A DNA stretch of 63,417 nt, the filler included, from Aduncisulcus paluster (taxonomy: Eukaryota): NCBI GenBank assembly GCA_024181965.1. It is 9 parts of 9 records of this genome, joined end to end, with 100 filler letters (N's around TTAATTAATTAA, not from the genome) between each part and the next. Parts side by side here need not be neighbours in the genome. Positions count along the whole stretch, not along the records: positions 38,499 to 46,495 come from BQXS01010089.1; positions 46,596 to 52,971 come from BQXS01010090.1; positions 53,072 to 63,417 come from BQXS01010091.1; 6 more parts are not named here. The stretch is one strand, 5' to 3'. The first letter of the stretch is position 1, and each line of letters begins with the position of its first letter. This document shows positions 46,101 to 56,684 of the stretch, in pieces. Under the pieces are notes generated by a model. It made no database searches, was not told the DNA's origin, and saw only the letters and a program-made list of their open reading frames with translations. A program made the translations under genes and the position numbers.

Positions 46101-46495
46101 CAATCACCATTACTGCTGCTATCAACCATACATGCCTGACCATATTTACATCCTCCACTACAGTCGGTTGTCCCAGAAGGATAATCACATGAGAAAGTCT
46201 CAGCGTCCGAATAGACCGTGTAGGTATCAGAAGTACAAACTGTGTACCAATGATCAGAGTCAGGGGCTGTTTCAACACACACTTTGTTATCAGAGAGCGA
46301 AGGACCATCCGTTTCATCAAACTCTTCGCATGCACACGCTGTATGTTCATTAAATGTGATGGTACATTCCGATGGAAGATTATCGGTCAAAATGGCAAGC
46401 ACGCCTGGCCCGCATATCGGGTTATTGGAAAGATTCAGCGATTGCAATCCCGAATCCTTGAAGGCAAACAGAGGGGTTGGGTCAGATATTTTGTT
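43148..46495 (-). CDS. LRR plus multiple EGF-like repeat extracellular protein (5' end truncated)
   Basis: LxxLDLxxN repeats, about 10 CxCxxGW/YxGxxC EGF motifs, and a non-repetitive C-terminal domain. Confidence 0.88.
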   Translation of the reverse strand, partial: NKISDPTPLFAFKDSGLQSLNLSNNPICGPGVLAILTDNLPSECTITFNEHTACACEEFDETDGPSLSDNKVCVETAPDSDHWYTVCTSDTYTVYSDAETFSCDYPSGTTDCSGGCKYGQACMVDSSSNGDCYDVVIDDTLHAYLLGIMDSEDCTSTTFGIASLKHLQGSISLPNTTTLSNLYGMQHAINVQSIDFSNSSSLVDVASLGTLTKNLKELDLHGCSFLGESLDNIIGLAPSLQYFDLGGIPISDSIATLTQFSSLVELRINECGLSSIPDLSASNDSLTLLDISDNSDISSLCPIVEYGITHLVQLYATSNSIRDPTALYELDESLCSLDLRDNKMCELDDAEALFFSEHFTNVLCADGVDQMYDLSDQQETCDCSSEFSLTMNKTCSSTSYDGQGTDEYQYQVTCSEYSYRVKDPSNDDGFSCIEFESEDEDVESLILYCASCVNNNTNMECVDISSYDSSYSSSSSSSSSPSSSIECVCMDGWYGSTCTSECPVIVGSDNSEDKCGSEMDPSQGSCNTLSHSCECELGWGGTNCSEDQCSMDSLYGFCNGSGSCVQLSDTSSYCECNQGYGGENCPSQTCSRDENDTLCSGVGSCEKDSSGEYHCTSCAYGYVLNASSSDCLPMCDDEDYCGSNGTCVGSNKCLCDSGYSGDQCEEYSCGDPMNPCSGSTNGQCIMVDYTHHECACEIGWNEDDCGAVGCPIVTSTDGDPVASCGEHGTCVLSDTGVSACECDPGWSDESYCSSLNGLCGSDTICSDHGSCIYDSSSNVDVCKCLDGWSGTSCENVLCGCVDSNDHMECVDGEDAGTLVCACKKGWSGDECNVDACDCHSKGECVDDTETSERVCQCYEFFSGDSCEECASDDPNDCLSVSIPSYSDPINIPRLDSWPMFFEKSWYRMAGGSLFGRQPFISVPIARSSMNILADDSVSLDAIRVIQANSIVQLCLDEISASMIIPINGGIFRVDSVGPVFCYQMDGTMSCRSLESYEDWFSCSDDGDASTIKFSMNDDSSVPSPPPVFSGSAIGLKQLMGAPPCSEDVDGVVVYVFEDVFLRCIGHLSEWAPIILGDEVDIQSVTTKPRSGIIHYYSLDDAIHQMEMFGGAIGAV

Positions 46496-46596
46496 NNNNN
46501 NNNNNNNNNNNNNNNNNNNNNNNNNNNNNNNNNNNNNNNTTAATTAATTAANNNNNNNNNNNNNNNNNNNNNNNNNNNNNNNNNNNNNNNNNNNNT

Positions 46597-47610
46597 ATCA
46601 AAAAAACAACATATAATCCGATTAATTATCTATTTGGAATTGAAACTACAACAAGATATGTTTTACAACCCCCAGAGTCAAACCCTGACGCTAAAGAAAT
46701 CATTCCAGGTCCTCTTGAGATAATTAATGCTCTTCCCTGTCAAATTACTGGCACCACCAATTATTTAACTCCCGCATTGTTATCCACAATGTCTGAGAGC
46801 ATTGTTGAGCGTGCCTCGTCTGTTTTGGACAGTGGAGTGGGTCAATTTGCTGCTGAAACAAGGATCACTCGTCTTCCGGGCTATATTGTGATCCGTTTAA
46901 ATCGTTTCCACTGGAGTAGAATTGAACAAAGTCGGCAGAAGATCGCTCGTCGTGTCACATTCCCCAATGTTCTTGATTTGTACTCTGTATGCTCTGAAAG
47001 CCTTCAAGAAGCCATTACTACTTACAAAAGAGTGTTGAAACGTGAGCAAGATAAACAATTATTAGCCGAGATTGATGATGGAAGGAAGAAGAAGAAGAAG
47101 AAGAACGATACAACGAAAAAGGAAGAAGAAAAGGAAGAAGAGGAAGAGAAGAAAGAAGAAGAGGAAGAGAAGGAAGAAGAAGAGGAAGCACCAGCGACTG
47201 AGAAGGCAGAAGCAGAGAATGCAGAAGAAGCAGAGAATGCAGAAGAAGCAGAGAAGGAAGAAGCAGAGAAGGATATTTTCCCAGCTGAACTTCCACAGTC
47301 CATCAGAGAGCTATTTGAGGTCCAGTTTGGTTCTATTTGTAACAATCTTAGTGGTCAGTACAGGATTCATGGAATAGTCACTCACCAAGGGAGATCTGCT
47401 TCAAGTGGTCATTATATTGGTTGGGCAAGGAGTGACACTGATGTTAAGGTTAAGATTAACGGTAAAGAGAAGATGATCAGTAAGTTTTATGAGTTTGATG
47501 ACGAAGACGTGCAAGGGGCTGACGAAACTGATTTGGCTGATCTCTATGGTGGATCTGGTGATCAACATATCGCTTATTTCTTGATTTATAAACATTATAT
47601 TGGATTATAA
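46597..47610 (+). CDS. USP14: Ubiquitin-specific protease USP14/Ubp6, C-terminal part
   Basis: The frame is open from the contig start (INYLFGIETTT...LPCQI). Motifs are ITRLPGYIVIRLNRFHW, KIARRVTFPNVLDL, the His box GIVTHQGRSASSGHY, and GGSGDQHIAYFLIY. Confidence 0.9.
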   Translation: MKKTTYNPINYLFGIETTTRYVLQPPESNPDAKEIIPGPLEIINALPCQITGTTNYLTPALLSTMSESIVERASSVLDSGVGQFAAETRITRLPGYIVIRLNRFHWSRIEQSRQKIARRVTFPNVLDLYSVCSESLQEAITTYKRVLKREQDKQLLAEIDDGRKKKKKKNDTTKKEEEKEEEEEKKEEEEEKEEEEEAPATEKAEAENAEEAENAEEAEKEEAEKDIFPAELPQSIRELFEVQFGSICNNLSGQYRIHGIVTHQGRSASSGHYIGWARSDTDVKVKINGKEKMISKFYEFDDEDVQGADETDLADLYGGSGDQHIAYFLIYKHYIGL

Positions 47611-48268
47611 TAATGAAATAAATTGAAAAAGAGGTTTGAATATTCAAAATGCTGGAAAAGCACGATAGAAATAAATAGAATTAAAATTAAATTGGGAAAA
47701 TAATGTCTCATAAATCATTAAATACGATTTTATATCCTGGATTTTGTTTTTAATGCGCTGATTCAGGTTTGGCGATCGATTTAATTATTTTCATGAAATA
47801 TTCGAGTTCTTGTTAACAAAAGGATATTTTGAATTTTATTTCGTGGAAAAATACAATTATATGCGATTAAAATGAAATATTAAATATTGAATATGGTTTT
47901 ATATCATTATTTTAGGAATAATGATACCATCTTGTCAAACTCATCTTGTCAAAATTTTTCCATTGTATTCTCATGCCAATGGCTTTATTTCAATGTTTAA
48001 AGGTTAATTTTTTTAGAATTCGTTCTTTTTGAAGATTATGGTATGTTATTGTTTTTTATTCATATTATCCTCTTATTCTAGACCTTACTGCTGGGATAAA
48101 GCGGGTAAATTGCATATTAAAACTGTATCTAACATCGCTTATCAATTTTTCATGTTCCGTATTACATCAATTAACTCATATTATTCGAATTGATGTCATA
48201 TTCATCCAAAACAAATTATTTTTAATCTTTTTACACCTTTTTAATTCTTCACTTTCCTCCAATTTAAG

Positions 48269-48503
48269 CCTGCAAATTACATTTCATTTGAACAATGGAC
48301 GGATAAAATGAAATCATTGTCTATTTCGGAGGATAAAATAGACCATTTGATCCTGGAACATTTAATTGTTGAAGGCTACTGTGTTGCCGCTGATAAGTTT
48401 TGTAAAGAATCTGGTCTAAGATGTACGTTATTTGAATTTATATCGTTATTTGTTGAATATTTTTATCAGGAAACATTCTTATATTCTTTATATAAAACGT
48501 TGA

Positions 48504-48543
<40 letters not shown>

Positions 48544-49246
48544 TTCCATAAATCGTTGTGATTTTCATGATTATTGTTATATATATTTCGATATTCCTTC
48601 AATGGTTCCAACATCTATAAAAACCGCCTATATTCGATATTATTAATTTATCATCAAACCAAATAATCATCATTACATCGTTTATTTCTATTCTTCTTCA
48701 TCTTTTCCCTGTTCTTGACATTCTATTTACATTATTTTTCCTCAACAACAAACTACTGTCATTTTCTTTCTCAATATCCTAAATATAGACGATAAAACGG
48801 GAACTTTTATTGATGAACGATGGAGAATCCGACAACGCATCGAAACCGGTTGTTTCCTTGATGCCATTAGCTTAATCAACGATTCCATGCCCGAATATTT
48901 TGATGATCACCCAGCCGACCTTCTGGATTTATTATTTCACCATTGTTCCCAGATGATTCGAGAAGGAAAAGTCGATGATGCTTTCGCTCTAATACGTTCT
49001 CGTATTGCTGGTATTGTCTTGTCAAACCCCTCATTTGCACCAAAAATCGAAACTTTAATAGAAGCTCTAGCCATCGAAGGTGAGAAAATGGCCTCTTCAA
49101 AAAAGCTGCAAAAAAAGCCAAAGCAACAAAGTGGAGTGCAATATACTGAAGAATCCAGTATTAACAAGAAAAGGCAGAGAGAAGAGAAGAAAGAAGAAGA
49201 AGAGAAGAAAGAAGAAGAAGAGGAAGAAGAAGAAGAAGAGAAGAAA

Positions 49247-49277
<31 letters not shown>

Positions 49278-50396
49278 CAGGTGATCATCATGGAATGTGG
49301 ATAGCTCAAGGAAAACATGGTCAACACAATGCAAGGAGAAGAGAAAGAGAATATGATGTGGGTACAAGTGCATCTAATGCTCATGATGGAGATAAGCATA
49401 CTAAGAGACATATAGTTCCAGGTAGTTCCTCTTCCTCTTCCTCATCCTCTTCCTCTTCCTCTTCTTCTTCAACATCACTTCAAGGACAGCAAGGACATAT
49501 GGCAGATCTTGGTATCAGGAATGGAGAAGCTAGTCAAAAGAATAGTGAAGATAAGAACAGAAATGGTAAGAACCATACCAGAAAACATCACACTCGAAGA
49601 GGAAGAAAAGAAGAAGAAGAAGAGAGAAGAAAAGAAAAGAAAGAGGAAGAGGAAGAAGAGGAACGCCATGTCCGAGGAGACCATGGAAGAGCAGGAGACC
49701 ATGGAAGAGCAGGAGCAATTAGAGGAGGACTTGAATCTTTCAGTCAGGATACCATTGACAAGCAAATGCATCATGAAACAACATCAAAACATCCACACCC
49801 ACAACAAAAACAAACTTCTTCTTCTTCTTCTTCTTCTTCTCAAACATCTATTTTAAGCATGTCAACGATTAACCAAGAAGAGNNNNNNNNNNNNNNNNNN
49901 NNATCACACTCGAAGAGGAAGAAAAGAAGAAGAAGAAGAAGAGAGAAGAAAAGAAAAGAAAGAGGAAGAGGAAGAAGAGGAACGCCATGTCCGAGGAGAC
50001 CATGGAAGAGCAGGAGACCATGGAAGAGCAGGAGCAATTAGAGGAGGACTTGAATCTTTCAGTCAGGATACCATTGACAAGCAAATGCATCATGAAACAA
50101 CATCAAAACATCCACACCCACAACAAAAACAAACTTCTTCTTCTTCTTCTTCTTCTCAAACATCTATTTTAAGCATGTCAACGATTAACCAAGAAGAGAC
50201 TGTCGAGTTGGCTGATAAAATCAATGAGCATTTATTGTGGTATACTGATTTAATGACATCAACGCTGTTCAATATCTTTTCTTGCACACCGTTGCTTGAA
50301 GAAAGAGTTGGAAGGACGATAGGTGTTCCTGTAGTTCAGAATTGGAGCATGGGAACACTCACATCATGTACAATGGAGTCTGAAAAGAAGAAATGA
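48269..50396 (+). CDS. GID8: GID8/TWA1-like LisH-CTLH-CRA protein (exons ?48269-48422 and 48789-50396; first exon(s) uncertain; duplicated segment at the 49883 gap)
   Basis: ISFEQWTDKMKSLSI...IDHLILEHLIVEGYCVAADKFCKESG (LisH) splices to IDERWRIRQRIETGCFLDAISLINDSMPEYF (CTLH). A CRA-like ELADKINEHLL follows a low-complexity insert. Confidence 0.8.
48423..48788 (+). other. Spliceosomal intron (366 nt) containing a (TTA)n microsatellite
   Basis: GTACGT...ATATAG. Splicing gives AGA T|AC GAT AAA and joins LisH and CTLH in frame. Confidence 0.8.
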
Positions 50397-50462
50397 GGAG
50401 TAAGTAAGAAGGAATCAAGGATATTGAATGCGGTGGAAATAAATTGGAACTGTACATATATA

Positions 50463-50952
50463 TAGCTGCTAGTTTGTTAGATCTACAAAGTTGATAGTTG
50501 ATAGTTGATCTAGACTCTAGATTCTAGACTCTAGAAATCAGTATAGTACTACTGTTGTACAGAATAAAGCGAAGAGAATATATTATATACTATATATTGC
50601 CCGTCAGTTTGAAGAGTACTACTCTTCATAGTATGATGCAGAGGGAATAGTTAGTGGCTCAGAGTAAAGCAGCTATTTGTACTTAATGCGAATTTGGATA
50701 TCTTTTTTGACAATTTCAACAATTTTTGTTTCAATAATAGTGGCAATAAAACACGTACAATATAATGATATTATTTCCATCTATAGCCTGTAGATCTAAA
50801 GGACCCGGCGGCCGGGCCAGACTCTGGCTGCTCGGAGCAGAAGAAGTCAGGCTGACTTCAAACCAGGGATGTGCACCTGGCATGCATTTTAAAATTTTAA
50901 AATGGAGATGTTGTTAGCGGAAAATGACTCAAAAGGGCGACTAATTTCGCCC
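50463..50952. repeat. Dense cluster of short palindromes/hairpins (non-coding)
   Basis: Examples: CCCGGC-G-GCCGGG, CCAGA-C-TCTGG, CTGCTC-G-GAGCAG, GAAGTCAG-G-CTGACTTC, CATTTTAAAATTTTAAAATG, GAAGAGTA-C-TACTCTTC, (TCTAGAY)x4. Confidence 0.85.
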
Positions 50953-51353
50953 GTTTCAATGGAGCTCTGCGCTTCCTCAGGCATTTAGAAAAAAGGTGTG
51001 CTGAAACCTAGAAACAAATAAAAATATTATGTAATTAGGTAACTAGAGCAAAAAAGCAAAACAAAATCAGTATCAAAAAGAAACCTAAAATTTGTATGGT
51101 GAGCCAGGTACTTAGCAGGATAAATAGACAGAATAAATAAGGATAGAACCATCATACTATTATCCTGACTTCAAACAATCGCGTCATCGGCCCAATTACA
51201 CTATATATCTTCTATATACCAGCAACAAATGGACTATTTTGTTTAATTTCAAAAGTTATTGGAGAAATATCATTCAGTGAACTCGGAACAGAAGTAGATT
51301 CATCATTCGCTCATATATGCTAAATATGAAGAGTTAAATGCATTTAAATCCGT

Positions 51354-51740
51354 TCATGGTGGCTCATATCCGGATATAGCATCTTGAGAAAGATGGAATC
51401 TATATGGACTCTTGAATCTGATACTGAATCTACGCAGGAAGATGATAAAGAAAAAGATGATAAAGAAAAAGAAAAAGAAGAGCCAACTCCTGAACAACAA
51501 CAACTTGACGATGGAGGATATATAGATTATTTGTCTCTTCAGAGGTTTATTTTGTCCTGTCAAGATATTGAGAGTGGTGGGATAGCCGACAGACCTGAAG
51601 ATATGCCCGATCTGTATCATCTTTTCTTTGGAGTCGCTGGATTGGCTCTGATAGGGGATCCAAGAGTGAAAAGAATATCGCCAATATATGCTTTGCCTCA
51701 AGAAATTGTAGATAGATTGATGTTAGTATCTGAATTATGA
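51354..51740 (+). pseudogene. RABGGTB: Rab geranylgeranyltransferase beta subunit, isolated C-terminal fragment
   Basis: SWWLISGYSIL...IDYLSLQRFILSCQDIESGGIADRPEDMPDLYHLFFGVAGLALIG...ISPIYALP. There is an in-frame TAA at 51345-51347 and no upstream coding continuation was seen. Confidence 0.7.
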
Positions 51741-52344
51741 TCTGATTAATTGATATATCCCAATAAAATAGAATTTTTGAATGAATAAAATGAGAAAATA
51801 CTGATTTCTGTTGTACGTAGTATTGATGAATTCTAAATACACAGCAAATTAAAGATTTTCTGCTTGTTAAGGAATGATCTTGAGATTACACGTCAAAACA
51901 AATTCAATTGGGCACTCAATCCGTTAAACCCCCACTTTATGTGGTAATAAATGGAGTTGAAGTCATGATAATATTCGGACTGTCAAGCAAACCGGGACAA
52001 TTGGAGACGGATTTGGACAAAAGTACAACCACCAATGATACAATGCTTTCATGAAAAACTAATTGGACATATTTTAATGATAATAAATTTTAACAAAACA
52101 ATTATCATTTAGTTTCTTCATTTTATGTCATGTCCATGGCTGTATCGATTGATTTAAGCTATCTCGTTAGGGAACATGGTAATATCGAATTAAATAAAAT
52201 CCACGCAATATTGTTTCACAATGCCAGGATTTTATCCCGACAGAATTTCCACTCATACAATTAACGACTCTGAAATACATACCTCCCACGTTTGAACACA
52301 ATAGAGAACCCAGAACGGGATATTTTATTTTCAATTCAATCGAT

Positions 52345-52971
52345 ATGTTTGCCACTTTAAATCCTTCCCATTTCTGGTCAAAAATGTTTCCAATTGACAA
52401 TTCTCAAGAAAGTGTGTCTCATGACTGTTTCTATTCTCCTTTTCATGAAGGTCTCACTGTCCACTCAGCTCATTTCACTGATGCTGACATGTATGCCTCT
52501 TTAACACAAGCATACTACGCTGGATCTATTTGCCCCGATGCTTCTCATATCTGGCGTTATGATTCCGATATCTCTGTCTCTAATGCCGACATTGGACTTT
52601 CCTTAACTCTTAACTCTTGTCACAGTTCTGGTTTTACCAACCTTTCTGTTGATAAATCTCTATTCCCATTCCCATTTCAATATTCATCAACACGTGAAGA
52701 ATGTGGCTATCATCAACATTCTTTACTGCCACATCCACTTGGCGGCAATTCACTTCTCCTTCTCTCCTTTCTTCTTTTCCTTGTTGCTGCTCTCTCCATC
52801 ACTCTTGTTGTCATTGGTCTGGTCGTTAGAATGAGGTCTTCTATTCCCACCATCCTCATCTTCTTGGTTGTTCTGAGTCTGTCCTTCCAGTCTGTCCTTT
52901 GTGATGGATATTTGTCCAATGAATGTTCCATGTATATCTCTGAAGACGACCATTTGGAGTGCAATGAGGTA
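52345..52971 (+). CDS. Hypothetical membrane protein, N-terminal fragment (3' end truncated)
   Basis: Two strongly hydrophobic segments followed by Cys-containing sequence at the contig end. Confidence 0.55.
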
Positions 52972-53071
52972 NNNNNNNNNNNNNNNNNNNNNNNNNNNNN
53001 NNNNNNNNNNNNNNNTTAATTAATTAANNNNNNNNNNNNNNNNNNNNNNNNNNNNNNNNNNNNNNNNNNNN

Positions 53072-56000
53072 TTTCACCATGCGTTTTTTCACATTCAACA
53101 CAAATCTCTCGTTTCCCACTGAGGAGAACCGTTGTTATCATTGCACAAAGCTTATCCCAAATGGATTTCCATGAAGGATACCCCGGATAAAGAGAAGATA
53201 AGAGATCTCTGAACTCATCAAGAGAGAGTTTTGTGTCAGAATATGGTACTCTGGGATGATGATCTGTCCCCACTCCTATCGATTGAGAACAAGTTGTTTC
53301 TTCTTTCTCATTTCTATTAATAGGTTCAGTGGAATAAGTCAATGGGGATGAAGGGGTTGAAGGTTTTTTATCGCCAAACCCAACACTTCCTTGTCTCTCC
53401 TCTTCTTCATCAAAGAGTAACAATCCCCGTTCATCTTCTTGCGTTCCCAAAGTTGTTGGCAAATCAGATCCATTGGTTCCCTTCTCTATCATCCTCGATT
53501 GTTCGTCATGTGTCGATTGAGTTTCAATTCCAATTGGAGCTCCACACTCCTCCCCACCTGTCGTTTCGCATAGAACAGTGTGGAAAGGAGAGAAATGGTT
53601 TGGATTACTGATTGAACTATTTGTGAGATGTTTCAAGGGATCAAAATCTCTCTCTGATGAGATGGATGTGTATGGCGACGAAGCCACTCTCACGATACCA
53701 TCTTTGCACAAGAAAGCCCTGAAAACTCCACTACACCACACAACACATACATACAGTCTCAAATCACACTTATATCTCACATGAGGGTCAGATATAACAC
53801 CTCTAGTGTCGAAATGAGGGACAAGAATGGGGCGTTCAATGTATTTCTGTGCAACGGCAGTGTTAGAGTATACGGCCATGCTTCCACCCATCACGACATG
53901 AATGCCTCGGCCTCGACTCAGACCAGAGGGTTTTATGATCCACATGGAATCATCATCAGTGAGCGAGGCCCTCTCTCGAACCCATTGTTTGTTGTCATGA
54001 GGAAGAACAAAGGTATCGGGCATGACGAGAAGTGACGGTAAGAAATCACATGAGTCATCAGCACTCGAGGAGTGAGTCAAAAGATCATAAAGCCAACCCG
54101 AGTGACTCTTTTGTCGATATTTAAGTTGTCTTAGGGCTCTGGAAAGGGTATCTTTCCGGGTAATATGAGAGATGCCTGGGACTTTACCATAAAATGTCGG
54201 GAGCGAGGAAGAAAGGAGAGAAATTATCGGGGAAGGCGGAGAGGCTTTCAGACTGGAGAATATATGAATAATAGTTGAGAAGGGCAAAGAATCGAGAATT
54301 GATGACTGCAAAGAACTTTCTTTCTCAATGCATTGAGAAACTGTCTCTTTATATTCATCAAGATAGCCCCCCATCACATCAAGTGAGTCAAGATCAAGAA
54401 ACACATCATCCATGGTTTGACGATTCTTGACTTTTCCAAGGACAGCCGGGAGACTATTTACGAATAGCTTTGGCATGATAGCCACTCCTCGAAGGATCAT
54501 AGCAACATTCTCTTGCTTTGAAGATCCATGCACACATACAAGACACCCTTTGCTTGATTGACGTAAAGAAGAAGAAGCTTGGGAAGCATTTGAAAGAGTT
54601 TCTTCAGCTATAGGTGACATATGAGAATCAATATTTGACGAGATAGTTATTCTCTCTTCTTCTTCCTTTTCAATATGAGTTTCTTCTTCTCCTTCTTCTC
54701 CTTCTTTTGCTTTATCATGTGCGATTGCATTATCAGATATGAGCTTTGATGAATGCGATATATCAGTAGGTCTTTCAATCGAATATTCTATTTCTGGAGA
54801 AGAAACCGTTGAAGAAAGATGTGACACACCATCAAGTTTTGGTTGATCAAGTTTGTCACAATCCGATTCTAAATTTGGATTAGAAACATCATCAGAATAC
54901 TGATCTTTGGGGTTCTTTGAATCCAAAACATTGGGATTTTCCTCAACAACATCGTGAATTTCATCACTATCTAAAAATATATCATCATTCTCAATTGAAT
55001 CTATTTTAGGAACAACTGAAATACCCTCTTCCTCCTCTTTCTCAATTGAAGAATGTTGTTGACCATGTTTTGTTTTGGGAGTTGGAGATTGTTTGTCAGT
55101 TTCTAGGCTGTACAACGAATGGCGTCGATATCGTTGTTCTCTAAGTTTTAAAGCAATTGATCCACGATTATTCCAATGGATATCATTCTCAGAGCTGGAC
55201 AATCTCGATCTTGGAGGAGGTGGTGCAGGAATAATCTCTGAAAGTAACTGTTGTGTAAAATGATCACAATCATCACGGGACTCAGAATGAGAAAGAAAAT
55301 GGGGAGAAGAGGTATGTTTAGAGATAAAATCTGTACCATCCTTGTCCTCTTCCTCCTCTTCTTCCTCCTCTTCTTCTTCTTCCTCTTCCTCTCCTTCTTC
55401 TTCTTCCTCTTCCTCTTCTTCTCTCCTCTTTGTTTCACCATCCTTGAAATATAATTCAGTTAGATCGGTCCGTGAATGTTCTTTTTTTTCGGAAATAAAT
55501 GGTGTGATATGTTGAAATGTTGATATATTGTTTGTTGAATTATTTGATGTAAATACTTGACAAGAGTTATCGCTATTTCTTCTAGATGCGCGATCCTCTC
55601 CCTTTTTTCCGTCCTCAAAGGCTAGACTTGAACTTGAAGGAGACATTTCATCCATGCTCATGGCTCTCCTTCCAACAAATATTCGTTTTCTAAACGATTG
55701 AGATCTAAATTTGGTCCCCCTCTCCTCAAAACTATCACTGGCTGATTCTGACTTTGACAACAAGTTCCCACTATTGCTTGAACATGGAGGATGTGGAGAA
55801 AACTGTGTTTTATGTTGAAGAGACTTAGGAGATTGATCAATATCTGACTGTTTTGTATGGGATATAAAATGAGGTCCTATGCCAGATGTTGATAGAGAAA
55901 TCGGTTGTGAAATTGAAATTGAAGTTGAAGAAGTTGAAGAAGAGGAGGATGTATGAGTTGAATCTAAATGATTATGAATGGATGTTGATGAATCATTGGA

Positions 56001-56684
56001 TGAAATCGTTGAAGAGGAAGAAGAAGAGGAAGAAGAGGAAGGAAGCTGTGAGACAGGTTTGATTTTCTTTCTTTCTCTTTCTTTCTTTTTCTTTCTCTTT
56101 TTTGGGACAATATTCTTTGGTTTTCTTGAAAATGCTTGAATTTTATGAGAAGAAGATATAGAATTTGGAACAATGCCTTGAGAAATTTTCCTCCTGTTTG
56201 TGGATGCTGAAGAAGCCCGAGTAATGGTATTTTTCTTCATTTTATCATGATCTTTGTCAGATATAGTCGCTGAGGAGGTTGATGGACGAACAATTGAAGA
56301 AGAAGAAGAAGAATGGCGGAATATTCCAAAAGACTTAGAAAATTCTTTTTTAGAAGTTGACGTTTGAGATATTTTTGGATTATAAACTAAATCTGAATCT
56401 TCTCGATATTTTAATGGAAAATCGTCCATTTCAAGGTGAGAAGAAGATGAAGAAATGTCAATCAATGTAATTGGATCCTTTTTGCTTGAAACAACGGGCA
56501 TATCAGGTTTAGGCTGAGCCCTTACATTCCGTTTAGGTGTCAATGAACGTTTAAGTTGTTTACGAGCTGCAGAAATGGCTCTAATAGTTTTCGAAGATCC
56601 CAAAGAGGAGTGATATGGCATTGTTGGTGGAAGAATTGGGATATTTTTGGAAGATAATTTTGAAATAATTGTTGATTTTTTCAT
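53072..56684 (-). CDS. Tubulin-tyrosine ligase-like (TTLL) polyglutamylase/glycylase family protein with a long disordered N-terminus (3' end truncated)
   Basis: ITRKDTL, PDTFVLP, WIIKPSGLSRGRGI, AQKYIERP, KCDLRLYV, GIVRVASSPY, HLTNSSI. Confidence 0.92.

Noticed and set aside
50779-50952. CRISPR array, tRNA or rho-independent terminators
   Set aside because: There is no repeated unit with spacers, no cloverleaf or T-loop consensus and no consistent U-tracts, and the context is eukaryotic.
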